Source: Anaerobutyricum hallii (GTDB taxonomy: Bacteria; Bacillota; Clostridia; Lachnospirales; Lachnospiraceae). From it: 64,000 bases of DNA. The position numbers and the translations under genes are program-made. The stretch spans positions 863,219 to 927,218 of the forward strand of contig NZ_LT907978.1 in NCBI RefSeq assembly GCF_900209925.1, given 5' to 3'. Below the pieces are notes generated by a model. That model ran no database searches, was not told where the DNA came from, and saw only the letters and a list, made by a program, of their open reading frames with translations. Positions 1 to 8,192 of the stretch are shown piece by piece. Numbering within the stretch: the stretch's first letter is position 1; every line of letters starts with the position of its first letter.

Positions 1-472
1 AGCATTATTTAAAGCATTCTTAGGTTCTGGTGTTGATTTACCAAAACACAAGAAGATGATCATGACTGTGAAGGATTCTGATAAGTTAGATGCAGTAGAA
101 GTTGGTAAGAGATTCGCAGCACTTGGCTACGAAATCTATGCGACAAGAAATACATGCAAGACATTACAGGAAAGCGGTGTGCCAGCGAAGAGAGTAAATA
201 AAATCGAAGAGACACATCCAAACCTGCTGGATCTGATCTTAGGACATCAGATTGATCTTATCATCGATACACCTTCACAGGGTATTGAAAGAAGCAAAGA
301 TGGTTTTGTTATCCGTCGTCATGCAGTAGAAACAGGTGTGAACTGTCTGACTTCTCTTGATACAGCAAACGCCTTACTTACCAGCTTAGAGTCTTCCTGC
401 AGAGAAGATTTATCTTTAGTGGATATCGCAGAAATTGATAAAGAGATTGAGAGCAAGATTAACGAGGCATAA
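1..472 (+). CDS. carB: carbamoyl-phosphate synthase large subunit, C-terminal MGS-like domain (5' end lies outside the window)
   Basis: The reading frame is open from base 2. The KAFLGSGVDLP...TVKDSDK...IIDTP sequence resembles the CarB C-terminal MGS-like domain. Stop codon at 470-472. Confidence 0.7.
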   Translation, partial: ALFKAFLGSGVDLPKHKKMIMTVKDSDKLDAVEVGKRFAALGYEIYATRNTCKTLQESGVPAKRVNKIEETHPNLLDLILGHQIDLIIDTPSQGIERSKDGFVIRRHAVETGVNCLTSLDTANALLTSLESSCREDLSLVDIAEIDKEIESKINEA

Positions 473-579
473 AAAGGGGAGTGAATCCCTGATATAAATA
501 ATATGTACTCATGGAGTCTTTTGTGCATTTACCCTTGCAAAAGATTTCGTGGGTATATAGCATAATTGGGAGGATACCA

Positions 580-1911
580 ATGGGAAATTATACAAAGCAG
601 GATATTATTCAGCTTGTGGAAGAAAAAGACGTACAGTTTATAAGACTTCAGTTTACAGATGTATCGGGAAACTTAAAAAATGTAGCGATTACAGCCAGCC
701 AGCTTGAAAGAGCATTAGATAATAAATGTATGTTTGACGGCTCTGCAATCGAAGGTTTCGTCCGTATTGAGGAATCTGATATGTATCTGTATCCGGACCT
801 TAATACATTTGAGATTCTTCCATGGCGTCCGCAGCATGGAAAGGTTGCCCGCTTTATGTGTGATGTGTATCGTCCGGATGGGGTACCTTTTGAGGGAGAC
901 AGCCGATATGTCCTGAAAAATGTATTAAAAAGAGCTGCAAAGATGGGATATACTTTTGATGTCGGACCGGAGTGTGAATTTTTCCTTTTTCATACCGATG
1001 ACAATGGACAGCCAACAAACATTACACATGAAAAGGCAAGTTATTTTGACGTAACTCCGTTAGATTTGGGTGAGAATGCAAGAAGAGATATCGTTCTTAC
1101 ATTAGAGAGTATGGGGTTTGAAATTGAAGCATCCCATCATGAAGTTGCTCCGGCACAGCACGAAATTGATTTCAAGTACGATAATGCTCTGATAACTGCT
1201 GACAATATCATGACATTTAAAATGGTAGTAAAGACAATTGCAAAGAGACATGGATTGTATGCAACATTTATGCCAAAGCCGATTACCGATATCGATGGTT
1301 CCGGAATGCATATCAATATGTCGCTTGAAAAGGATGGAAAGAACCTTTTCTTTGATAAGAAAGATCCACTGGGACTAAGCAAAGACTGTTATCATTTTAT
1401 TGCAGGACTTATTAAGCATGCCAGAGGAATGTCCTGTATTTGTAATCCCCTTGTAAACTCCTACAAGAGACTCGTTCCCGGTTACGAAGCGCCGGTAGCA
1501 ATTTGCTGGTCTTCTATTAACAGAAGTCCGCTGATTCGTATACCGGCTTCAAGAGGAGCCGGCACAAGAATCGAATTCAGAAGTCCGGATCCTGCAGCAA
1601 ATCCATATCTTGTCATGGCACTTTGTCTTGCAGCAGGACTGGATGGAATCGAGAATCAGTTAGAAGCGCCGGAACCGATTGGTAAAAATATGTATTTACT
1701 GACAGAAGAGCAAATCGCAGATATGAATATTGATGTCTTGCCATCTACACTTGGTGAAGCATGTGACGCTTTTGAACAGGATACTTATATTCAGGGGGTT
1801 CTTGGAGAGCATATAAGTAAAAAATATCTGGAAGCAAAGAGAAAAGAATGGCATGAATATTGTAGACATGTTTCTGACTGGGAAACAGAATCATATCTTT
1901 ATAAATACTAA
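580..1911 (+). CDS. glnA: glutamine synthetase type I
   Basis: The 443-aa product carries GS-I motifs ([12 protein letters not shown], catalytic region). RBS GGGAGG lies 7 nt upstream of the ATG at 580. The ORF-track start at 511 has no RBS. Confidence 0.9.
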   Translation: MGNYTKQDIIQLVEEKDVQFIRLQFTDVSGNLKNVAITASQLERALDNKCMFDGSAIEGFVRIEESDMYLYPDLNTFEILPWRPQHGKVARFMCDVYRPDGVPFEGDSRYVLKNVLKRAAKMGYTFDVGPECEFFLFHTDDNGQPTNITHEKASYFDVTPLDLGENARRDIVLTLESMGFEIEASHHEVAPAQHEIDFKYDNALITADNIMTFKMVVKTIAKRHGLYATFMPKPITDIDGSGMHINMSLEKDGKNLFFDKKDPLGLSKDCYHFIAGLIKHARGMSCICNPLVNSYKRLVPGYEAPVAICWSSINRSPLIRIPASRGAGTRIEFRSPDPAANPYLVMALCLAAGLDGIENQLEAPEPIGKNMYLLTEEQIADMNIDVLPSTLGEACDAFEQDTYIQGVLGEHISKKYLEAKRKEWHEYCRHVSDWETESYLYKY

Positions 1912-1978
1912 ACTACAGTCTTTTAAGATAACGACTGTAGATGGAAACGACTGGATGGCTTATGAGGATGAGTGAGAA

Positions 1979-2530
1979 TTGTTGAATATCGTTGTTGTAT
2001 TTCCGAAAAAGGAAATTGTATTAAAAATGAAAAACGTCCTGATAAAGAATGGATATGATGTATCGGCCGTCTGTGTTACCGGGGCCCAGGCTATTCAGGC
2101 AGTGGAAAGACTAGAGGCGGGTGTTGTTGTATGCGGCATCCGCTTTGCTGATATGATTTATTACGAATTAAAAGATTGTCTTCCGGATACTTTTGAAATG
2201 GTAGTCATCGCCAGTAATGCACAGTGGCAGCAATATGGAGATGATGATGTTATTTATCTGCCATTGCCGTTAAAAGCCTATGATCTGGTCGATACAGTGT
2301 CTGATCTACTGACAGATATACATAGAAAGTTAAAGCAGGAAAAAGAAAAGCCGGATAAGCGTTCTGCAGATGAACAGGGAATTATTAATCAGGCCAAGTC
2401 CTTATTAATAGAAAAGAACGGAATGACAGAGGAAGAAGCACATCGTTATCTTCAGAAAAGAAGTATGGATAATGGAACGAATATGGTAGAAACATCATAT
2501 ATGGTTTTACAGGTTTTTGATTTGAAATGA
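1979..2530 (+). CDS. ANTAR-domain antiterminator-type regulator with a receiver-like N-terminal domain (GlnR/NitR-like), encoded downstream of glnA
   Basis: C-terminal EQGIINQAKSLLIEKNGMTEEEAHRYLQKRSMDNGTNMVE matches the ANTAR domain. The N-terminal half is pseudo-receiver-like. The glnA-ANTAR arrangement is known in Clostridium. Confidence 0.7.
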   Translation: MLNIVVVFPKKEIVLKMKNVLIKNGYDVSAVCVTGAQAIQAVERLEAGVVVCGIRFADMIYYELKDCLPDTFEMVVIASNAQWQQYGDDDVIYLPLPLKAYDLVDTVSDLLTDIHRKLKQEKEKPDKRSADEQGIINQAKSLLIEKNGMTEEEAHRYLQKRSMDNGTNMVETSYMVLQVFDLK

Positions 2531-2771
2531 TTTTTATGTTTCGCGGGTCCCAAAGTCAAAAACCTTATCGTGTAAGCACGAACGGGGTTTTGAGCTGTTG
2601 ATCCTGAAACATCATTTAATTTAATAAATAAAACAGATATCGCAGATATAATTTTGCAAAGTAATTCTGAAGAATCACAGAAATTTTATTAAAAATAGCG
2701 AGAACCCTTGTTAATTAAGAAAGAGTATCGTATATTTTATATGTTATATATGCGACAGAAGGGAGAAGCCT

Positions 2772-3620
2772 ATGAAGTTTACAAAGATGCACGGAATAGG
2801 AAATGACTACGTTTATGTGAATTGTTTTGAGGAGTCTGTAAAGAATCCGGCAGAAGTATCTAAGTTTGTAAGTGATCGTCATTTTGGAATTGGTTCAGAT
2901 GGATTAATTCTTATTAGTCCGTCAGCAACAGCGGATTTTCGTATGAATATTTACAATGCCGATGGTTCTCAGGCAGAAATGTGTGGAAACGGTATTCGCT
3001 GCGTAGCAAAATATGTGTATGATTATGGCTTGACAGATAAGACAGAGATTTCAGTAGAAACATTAGCAGGAATTAAATATCTTCGGCTGCAGGTAGAAAA
3101 CGGAAAGGTTGCAAGTGTTGAGGTAAATATGGGTGCGCCTATTCTTGAACCAAAAGAAATTCCGGTTGCAGTAGAAGAAAGTCCTGTTGTCAACGTACCT
3201 GTTGAGGTAAAAGGAAAAATCTATCATATGACCTGTGTATCTATGGGTAACCCGCATGCCATTATTTTTATGAACAATGTAAAAGATTTGGACATTGAAG
3301 CAAGCGGTCCATATTTTGAAAATCATACGGTATTTCCTAAAAGAACAAATACAGAATTTGTAGAAGTACTTGATCGAAATACTGTAAATATGAGAGTATG
3401 GGAGAGAGGCAGTGATGAAACACTTGCCTGTGGAACCGGTGCCTGTGCAACAACAGTGGCCTGCATATTAAATGATAAGACAGAAAATGAAGTTACAGTA
3501 CATTTGCTCGGAGGAGATTTGAAAATCCGCTGGGATCGAGAAGCCAACCAGGTTTATATGACTGGTCCGGCAACCGTTGTATTTGACGGAGAGATTACCC
3601 TTCCGGATGATATTGCATAA
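2772..3620 (+). CDS. dapF: diaminopimelate epimerase
   Basis: MHGxGNDY motif and two catalytic Cys regions; 282 aa; RBS GGGAGAAG. Confidence 0.9.
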   Translation: MKFTKMHGIGNDYVYVNCFEESVKNPAEVSKFVSDRHFGIGSDGLILISPSATADFRMNIYNADGSQAEMCGNGIRCVAKYVYDYGLTDKTEISVETLAGIKYLRLQVENGKVASVEVNMGAPILEPKEIPVAVEESPVVNVPVEVKGKIYHMTCVSMGNPHAIIFMNNVKDLDIEASGPYFENHTVFPKRTNTEFVEVLDRNTVNMRVWERGSDETLACGTGACATTVACILNDKTENEVTVHLLGGDLKIRWDREANQVYMTGPATVVFDGEITLPDDIA

Positions 3621-3680
3621 TATTTTTGAGCAATGAATTGTAAAGAGACGTAAAGAGGCAAAAGCCAGATTGGAGTAACT

Positions 3681-4895
3681 ATGTTTAAAGTAAATGAGAA
3701 CTATTTAAAACTGCCGGGAAGTTATCTTTTTTCTACAATTGGAAAGAAAGTAGCCGCATACAAAGAGGCAAATCCAGATAAATCTATCATCAGTTTAGGT
3801 ATCGGTGATGTAACACAGCCATTAGCACCAAAGATTATCGAAAGTCTTCATAGTGCGGTAGACGAGATGGGAAAGGCAGAAACTTTTCATGGATACGCTC
3901 CAGATTTAGGATATGAATTTTTAAGAAATGCAATTGCAGATGGTGACTATAAGAGCCATGGCTGCGATATTCATGCAGATGAGATTTTTGTCAGTGATGG
4001 AGCAAAATGTGACTCGGGAAATATTCAGGAAATATTCAGTATAGATAACAAAATTGCAGTATGCGACCCAGTTTATCCAGTTTATGTCGATACGAATGTT
4101 ATGGCAGGAAGAACAGGAACATACGACCCTTCCACAGAAACCTGGAGTGATGTCATCTATATGCCATGCACCGCAGAGAATGATTTTGTACCAGACTTTC
4201 CAAAAGAAGAGCCGGACATTATCTATCTTTGCTTCCCAAATAATCCTACCGGAACAACGATTACAAAAGCACAGCTTCAGGACTGGGTTGATTATGCTAA
4301 TAAGATTGGCGCAGTAATTATTTATGATGCTGCTTACGAGGCATATATCAGCGAAGATGATGTCGCACACAGTATTTATGAATGTGAAGGAGCAAGAACC
4401 TGTGCAATTGAACTTCGAAGCTTTTCAAAGAATGCAGGATTTACAGGAACAAGACTTGGATTTACTGTAGTTCCTAAAGACTTAAAAGCCGGAGATGTTA
4501 CTTTACATTCCTTATGGGCAAGAAGACATGGAACAAAGTACAACGGTGCTCCATACATCATTCAGAGAGCAGGAGAAGCCTGCTACAGTGCAGAAGGAAA
4601 AGCACAGTTAAAAGAGCAGGTTGCTTTCTATATGAACAATGCGAAAATTATCAAAGAAGGCTTAAAAGATGCAGGATACACCGTATTTGGTGGAGTAAAC
4701 GCACCATATATCTGGTTACAGACTCCAGATAAAATGCCATCCTGGGACTTCTTTGACTTCCTGTTAAAGAATGCAAACGTAGTAGGAACACCAGGCTCAG
4801 GATTTGGACCAAGCGGAGAAGGATATTTCCGACTCACAGCATTCGGTTCTCATGAAAATACATTAAAAGCCATCGAAAGAATTAAAGCACTTTAA
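3681..4895 (+). CDS. dapL: LL-diaminopimelate aminotransferase (class I PLP aminotransferase, DapL type)
   Basis: N-terminal [17 protein letters not shown] is typical of DapL. 404 aa. Adjacent to dapF. Confidence 0.8.
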   Translation: MFKVNENYLKLPGSYLFSTIGKKVAAYKEANPDKSIISLGIGDVTQPLAPKIIESLHSAVDEMGKAETFHGYAPDLGYEFLRNAIADGDYKSHGCDIHADEIFVSDGAKCDSGNIQEIFSIDNKIAVCDPVYPVYVDTNVMAGRTGTYDPSTETWSDVIYMPCTAENDFVPDFPKEEPDIIYLCFPNNPTGTTITKAQLQDWVDYANKIGAVIIYDAAYEAYISEDDVAHSIYECEGARTCAIELRSFSKNAGFTGTRLGFTVVPKDLKAGDVTLHSLWARRHGTKYNGAPYIIQRAGEACYSAEGKAQLKEQVAFYMNNAKIIKEGLKDAGYTVFGGVNAPYIWLQTPDKMPSWDFFDFLLKNANVVGTPGSGFGPSGEGYFRLTAFGSHENTLKAIERIKAL

Positions 4896-4911
4896 GATTA
4901 ATTTGCTGAGC

Positions 4912-5044
4912 AAAAGAAACGAAAACCAGAAATAAAGATAAAATAAAATGTGAAGATAGTCGCGGCGCAGAAAATGCCTGACCGGCATTTTTACTTGCTC
5001 CGACATCACATTTTATTTTATCTTTATTTCTGGTTTTCTGTTTA
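4912..5044. repeat. IR-A palindromic intergenic repeat, copy 1 (core in reverse orientation)
   Basis: The arms AAAACCAGAAATAAAGATAAAATAAAATGTGA and their exact reverse complement flank the core GAAAATGCCTGACCGGCATTTTTACTTGCTCCGACATCACA. Confidence 0.85.
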
Positions 5045-5188
5045 TTGATGCCATATAGAAATTAATATTTTAATCTGGAGAAAAAGGAGCTTGTCAAGAA
5101 GGCTGTGAGAATGGAAATTCTCCAGAAGGCTTTGGCGTTCACTGCTATTTGTTATCAAAACCAGACAGCTGCTGAAATAAAATTCTAT

Positions 5189-5398
5189 GCTGAATTGTAA
5201 AAAAATGTGATAAAGAAAAAAGAATTGTTATACGTATTGTATTTTGTGACTTTGCGCTGTGGAATTTTGACTCTGAAAACTTCGGACTTATTTTTCCGAA
5301 GTTTTCGTTTTTTGAGGCAAAATAAAGCGTTTAGCGCAACGGAACAAAATCAAACGTATAACAATTCTTTTTTCTTTAGAAGACAGACTACAATTCAG
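5189..5398. repeat. IR-C large imperfect palindrome (about 210 bp) with a central terminator-like hairpin, copy A
   Basis: Terminal inverted repeats CTGAATTGTA...TACAATTCAG. Inner arms AGAATTGTTATACGT / ACGTATAACAATTCT. Central hairpin GAAAACTTCGGA-N7-TCCGAAGTTTTC followed by a T-tract. About 80% identical to 24805-25020. Confidence 0.8.
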
Positions 5399-5484
5399 TG
5401 AGAAGATATCCCCTTCTGGAGATTTTCATTCCAAATAAAAACCATAGACTTCTGGGCAATCCCCTTATCCACATCCAAAATTTA

Positions 5485-5662
5485 AATACTAATTTCCATC
5501 TGGAGCCAAAGCACAGAAAAGCAGAAATTTAATAGAGAAGAAAATGTGATGTCGGAGCGAGTAAAAATGCCGGTCAGGCATTTTCTGCGAAGCGACTATC
5601 TTCACATTTTCTTCTCTATTAAATTTCTGCTTTTCGTCTCTTTAATCCATCAAATTAGTATT
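5485..5662. repeat. IR-A palindromic repeat, copy 2 (core in forward orientation), with AAATACTAATTT/AAATTAGTATTT terminal inverted repeats
   Basis: CAGAAAAGCAGAAATTTAATAGAGAAGAAAATGTGA, then the core TGTCGGAGCGAGTAAAAATGCCGGTCAGGCATTTTCTGCGAAGCGAC, then the exact reverse complement of the arm. Confidence 0.85.
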
Positions 5663-6722
5663 TAAACCGTAATGCTTCTTCACTGGTCTGGGAGAGGATT
5701 TTCATCGCTTCTTCCGGATAAGCGCCCATAGCAGTTTCTCCTGTCAGCATTAATGAGGAAGCTCCATCTAAAACGGCCTGAAAGATGTCCGTTACTTCAG
5801 CCCTGGTTGGTACAGGGTTTTCTTCCATGGAGGCGAGCATCTGTGTGACGACCATAAAAGGTTTTTTTGCATGACGGCATGTCGTGGAGATTCTTTTTTG
5901 CACAGCAGGAAGTTTTGGCAGTGGAATAGCATTTCCAAGATCGCCTCGTGCAATTACAATCTCGTCGCAGAAAGGAAGAAGAGAAGGCAAGTGTTCAACA
6001 CCTTCTATGGATTCTATCTTGGCGAAGATGCGAATATAGTCCATATTATCTGCCATCAGTTCTTTTCGGAGTGTGATCAGATCATCTGCGTTTCTTACAA
6101 AAGGAAGCATGACACCGGTAACGTGGTATTTCCGAAGTAGTTTAAGATTTTCCTTGTCGGTTTTTGTAAGAACAGGGAGTGGAACAGTAAGATCTTTGAT
6201 TGCGATACTTTTTCTGGAAGTTAATTCGCCGCCCTTGATTACTTCTGCGCAAAAAATATCTGATTCTAGAGGAGCGGATATTTTTAAAACAATTTTTCCA
6301 TCATTAAGGCGGACTTCCTGCTCTTCATCAAAATAAGAGAAGAGAATTTCCGGACATGGGATAATAAAAAATTCATCTTTGCCATTAAGAATACGGGAAA
6401 AAATATCCGAATTTTCTTTTTTTTCCTGGAAGGACTTTTCTGATATAAGGAAAACGATATCTCCAGAAGAAAGTGATAGAGGAGTATCTAATGTGCCTAT
6501 ACGAAGTTCCGGACCCTGGAGATCAACAAGAAGTTCCGGAATGATATGCATACGTTCGGAAACTTCGTGATACTGCTGCAGCCAGTCTTCGCAGTCATCA
6601 AGATTACTGTGAGAAAGATTGAGCCGCATTCCGGTCATCCCCGCTAAAAACATTGCCTGTATTTTTTCTTTTGAAGCGCAGGCAGGACCGAGTGTTCCGT
6701 ATAAGTGAAGAGAATGTTTCAT
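5655..6722 (-). CDS. pyruvate kinase family protein with A and B domains only, lacking the C-terminal domain
   Basis: RLNLSHS, KIESIEG, ARGDLG, TQML and PTRAEV motifs align to the pyruvate kinase barrel. The product is only 355 aa, against about 470+ aa for a full pyruvate kinase. Confidence 0.6.
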   Translation of the reverse strand: MKHSLHLYGTLGPACASKEKIQAMFLAGMTGMRLNLSHSNLDDCEDWLQQYHEVSERMHIIPELLVDLQGPELRIGTLDTPLSLSSGDIVFLISEKSFQEKKENSDIFSRILNGKDEFFIIPCPEILFSYFDEEQEVRLNDGKIVLKISAPLESDIFCAEVIKGGELTSRKSIAIKDLTVPLPVLTKTDKENLKLLRKYHVTGVMLPFVRNADDLITLRKELMADNMDYIRIFAKIESIEGVEHLPSLLPFCDEIVIARGDLGNAIPLPKLPAVQKRISTTCRHAKKPFMVVTQMLASMEENPVPTRAEVTDIFQAVLDGASSLMLTGETAMGAYPEEAMKILSQTSEEALRFKY

Positions 6723-6834
6723 GATAAAAACCTCCTGTCATGACATATTAACTATTTAAATCCAGTTTATTTTTTAAACTTCTCAAAACTATGAATTTAT
6801 TGTATCATATTTTATAAGAAATGGAGGCGTTTTT

Positions 6835-7683
6835 ATGGAATGGAAATTAACAACATTGATTGAAAATCATGAAGATACAGAAGAAAAATATGTATGTGAG
6901 CATGGCTTTTCTATTTTAATTGAAAAAATGGATTCCAAACCACCGATTCGGCTATTGATGGATACAGGACAAAGCGGGGCATTTTTTGATAATGCAGAAA
7001 AAATGGGTGTTTCTTTAGATAAGCTGGATGCGCTATTGCTTAGTCATGCACACTATGACCATGTGGGTGGTGTGGAAAGATTATTGGAAAATATTCCGAT
7101 AGAAAAAATGTATGTGGGGAAGAGTTTTTTTCAGGAAAAATATCATGAGAAAAAAGATGGAACAGTAAAAAATATAGGAATTTCATTTTCTAGGAATGAT
7201 GTGGAAAGGTATGGAGTAAAAATCTGTGAAATAGAAGAAGATAGCCGGGAAATTTTTCCGGGTATAACGATTCATCGAAATTTTGAACGTATTACAGACT
7301 ATGAGCAGGGAAATCCTCATTTTTTTGTAAAAGAGAAAGGCGTATATAAAAAAGATGATTTTACGGATGAGATTGCAATAGCTCTTGAAATAAAAGACGG
7401 AATTGTCGTAATTACAGGCTGCTCACATCCTGGAATTATGAATATAATTTATACGATCCAAAAAAGAAGTAAAAAAAAGATTTGTGGGATTGTTGGCGGA
7501 ACGCATTTGGTAGAAGCAGATGAGAGTCGGCTTAAAAAGACAATAGCGGCTCTAAAAGAAATCAATATAGAGTTTATTGCAGTTTCGCATTGTACCGGAG
7601 ATGAAAATTTAGAAATTATAAAAAATGCATTTGGGAAAAAATTTATTTTTAATTGTACAGGGAATGTGATTAAAATTTTGTGA
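6835..7683 (+). CDS. MBL-fold metallo-hydrolase
   Basis: HAHYDH metal-binding motif; 282 aa. Confidence 0.7.
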   Translation: MEWKLTTLIENHEDTEEKYVCEHGFSILIEKMDSKPPIRLLMDTGQSGAFFDNAEKMGVSLDKLDALLLSHAHYDHVGGVERLLENIPIEKMYVGKSFFQEKYHEKKDGTVKNIGISFSRNDVERYGVKICEIEEDSREIFPGITIHRNFERITDYEQGNPHFFVKEKGVYKKDDFTDEIAIALEIKDGIVVITGCSHPGIMNIIYTIQKRSKKKICGIVGGTHLVEADESRLKKTIAALKEINIEFIAVSHCTGDENLEIIKNAFGKKFIFNCTGNVIKIL

Positions 7684-7731
7684 TAAAGATGTATCAACTT
7701 TGGAAAAATGTAAAATTAAAAAAATACCTAT

Positions 7732-7790
7732 TGACAATTGAGCAACTATTCAACTATAATGATAACAGTTGAATAGATATTCAATTATCT
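7732..7790 (+). promoter_or_regulatory. sigma-A promoter overlapped by a 12-2-12 ArsR/SmtB-type operator
   Basis: TTGACA-17-TATAAT sits upstream of the ArsR gene. The inverted repeat CTATTCAACTAT..ACAGTTGAATAG overlaps the -10 box. Confidence 0.65.
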
Positions 7791-7810
7791 ATTTAATGAA
7801 GGAGGAAGTT

Positions 7811-8170
7811 ATGGGAACGAAAAAGAGCGATTGTGTGGCAATGTTTCCTGAAAGTATTGAGAAAGTACAAAAGAGTATGCCTAAGGAGACCGAACTTGAT
7901 AAGGTAGTATCTTTTTTTAAGGTTTTAGCAGATGATACAAGGATACGGATTTTGTACGCATTAAAAGAACAGGAGATGTGTGCCGGTGATATTGCCGTTT
8001 TCCTTGACATGACTAAGTCTGCAGTTTCTCATCAGCTTGCTGTGATGCGTAAGATGCATCAGGTGCGGGCAAGAAGAGAAGGGAAGAATGTTTTTTATTC
8101 ACTGGATGACCAGCATATTGTAGATATTATGGAAGAGGCATTGATTCATATGACACATACCGATTCCTGA
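7811..8170 (+). CDS. ArsR/SmtB-family metal-sensing transcriptional repressor (alpha5 site DxH..E..H)
   Basis: Winged-helix DTRIRIL region, a C-terminal DDQHIVDIMEEALIHMTH motif, and RBS GGAGGA 5 nt before the ATG at 7811. The gene lies upstream of the metal ATPase. Confidence 0.8.
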   Translation: MGTKKSDCVAMFPESIEKVQKSMPKETELDKVVSFFKVLADDTRIRILYALKEQEMCAGDIAVFLDMTKSAVSHQLAVMRKMHQVRARREGKNVFYSLDDQHIVDIMEEALIHMTHTDS

Positions 8171-8192
8171 TATCGAGAAGAGAGGTATCACA

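Noticed and set aside
2531-2771. Possible lysine riboswitch (L-box) upstream of dapF, or an ANTAR target hairpin pair
   Set aside because: The 240-nt leader lacks the conserved L-box elements (GAGGCGC, the GGAG/AAGGGG core). Only a small CGTG-TAAG-CACG hairpin is evident. No convincing dual-hexaloop ANTAR target was seen.
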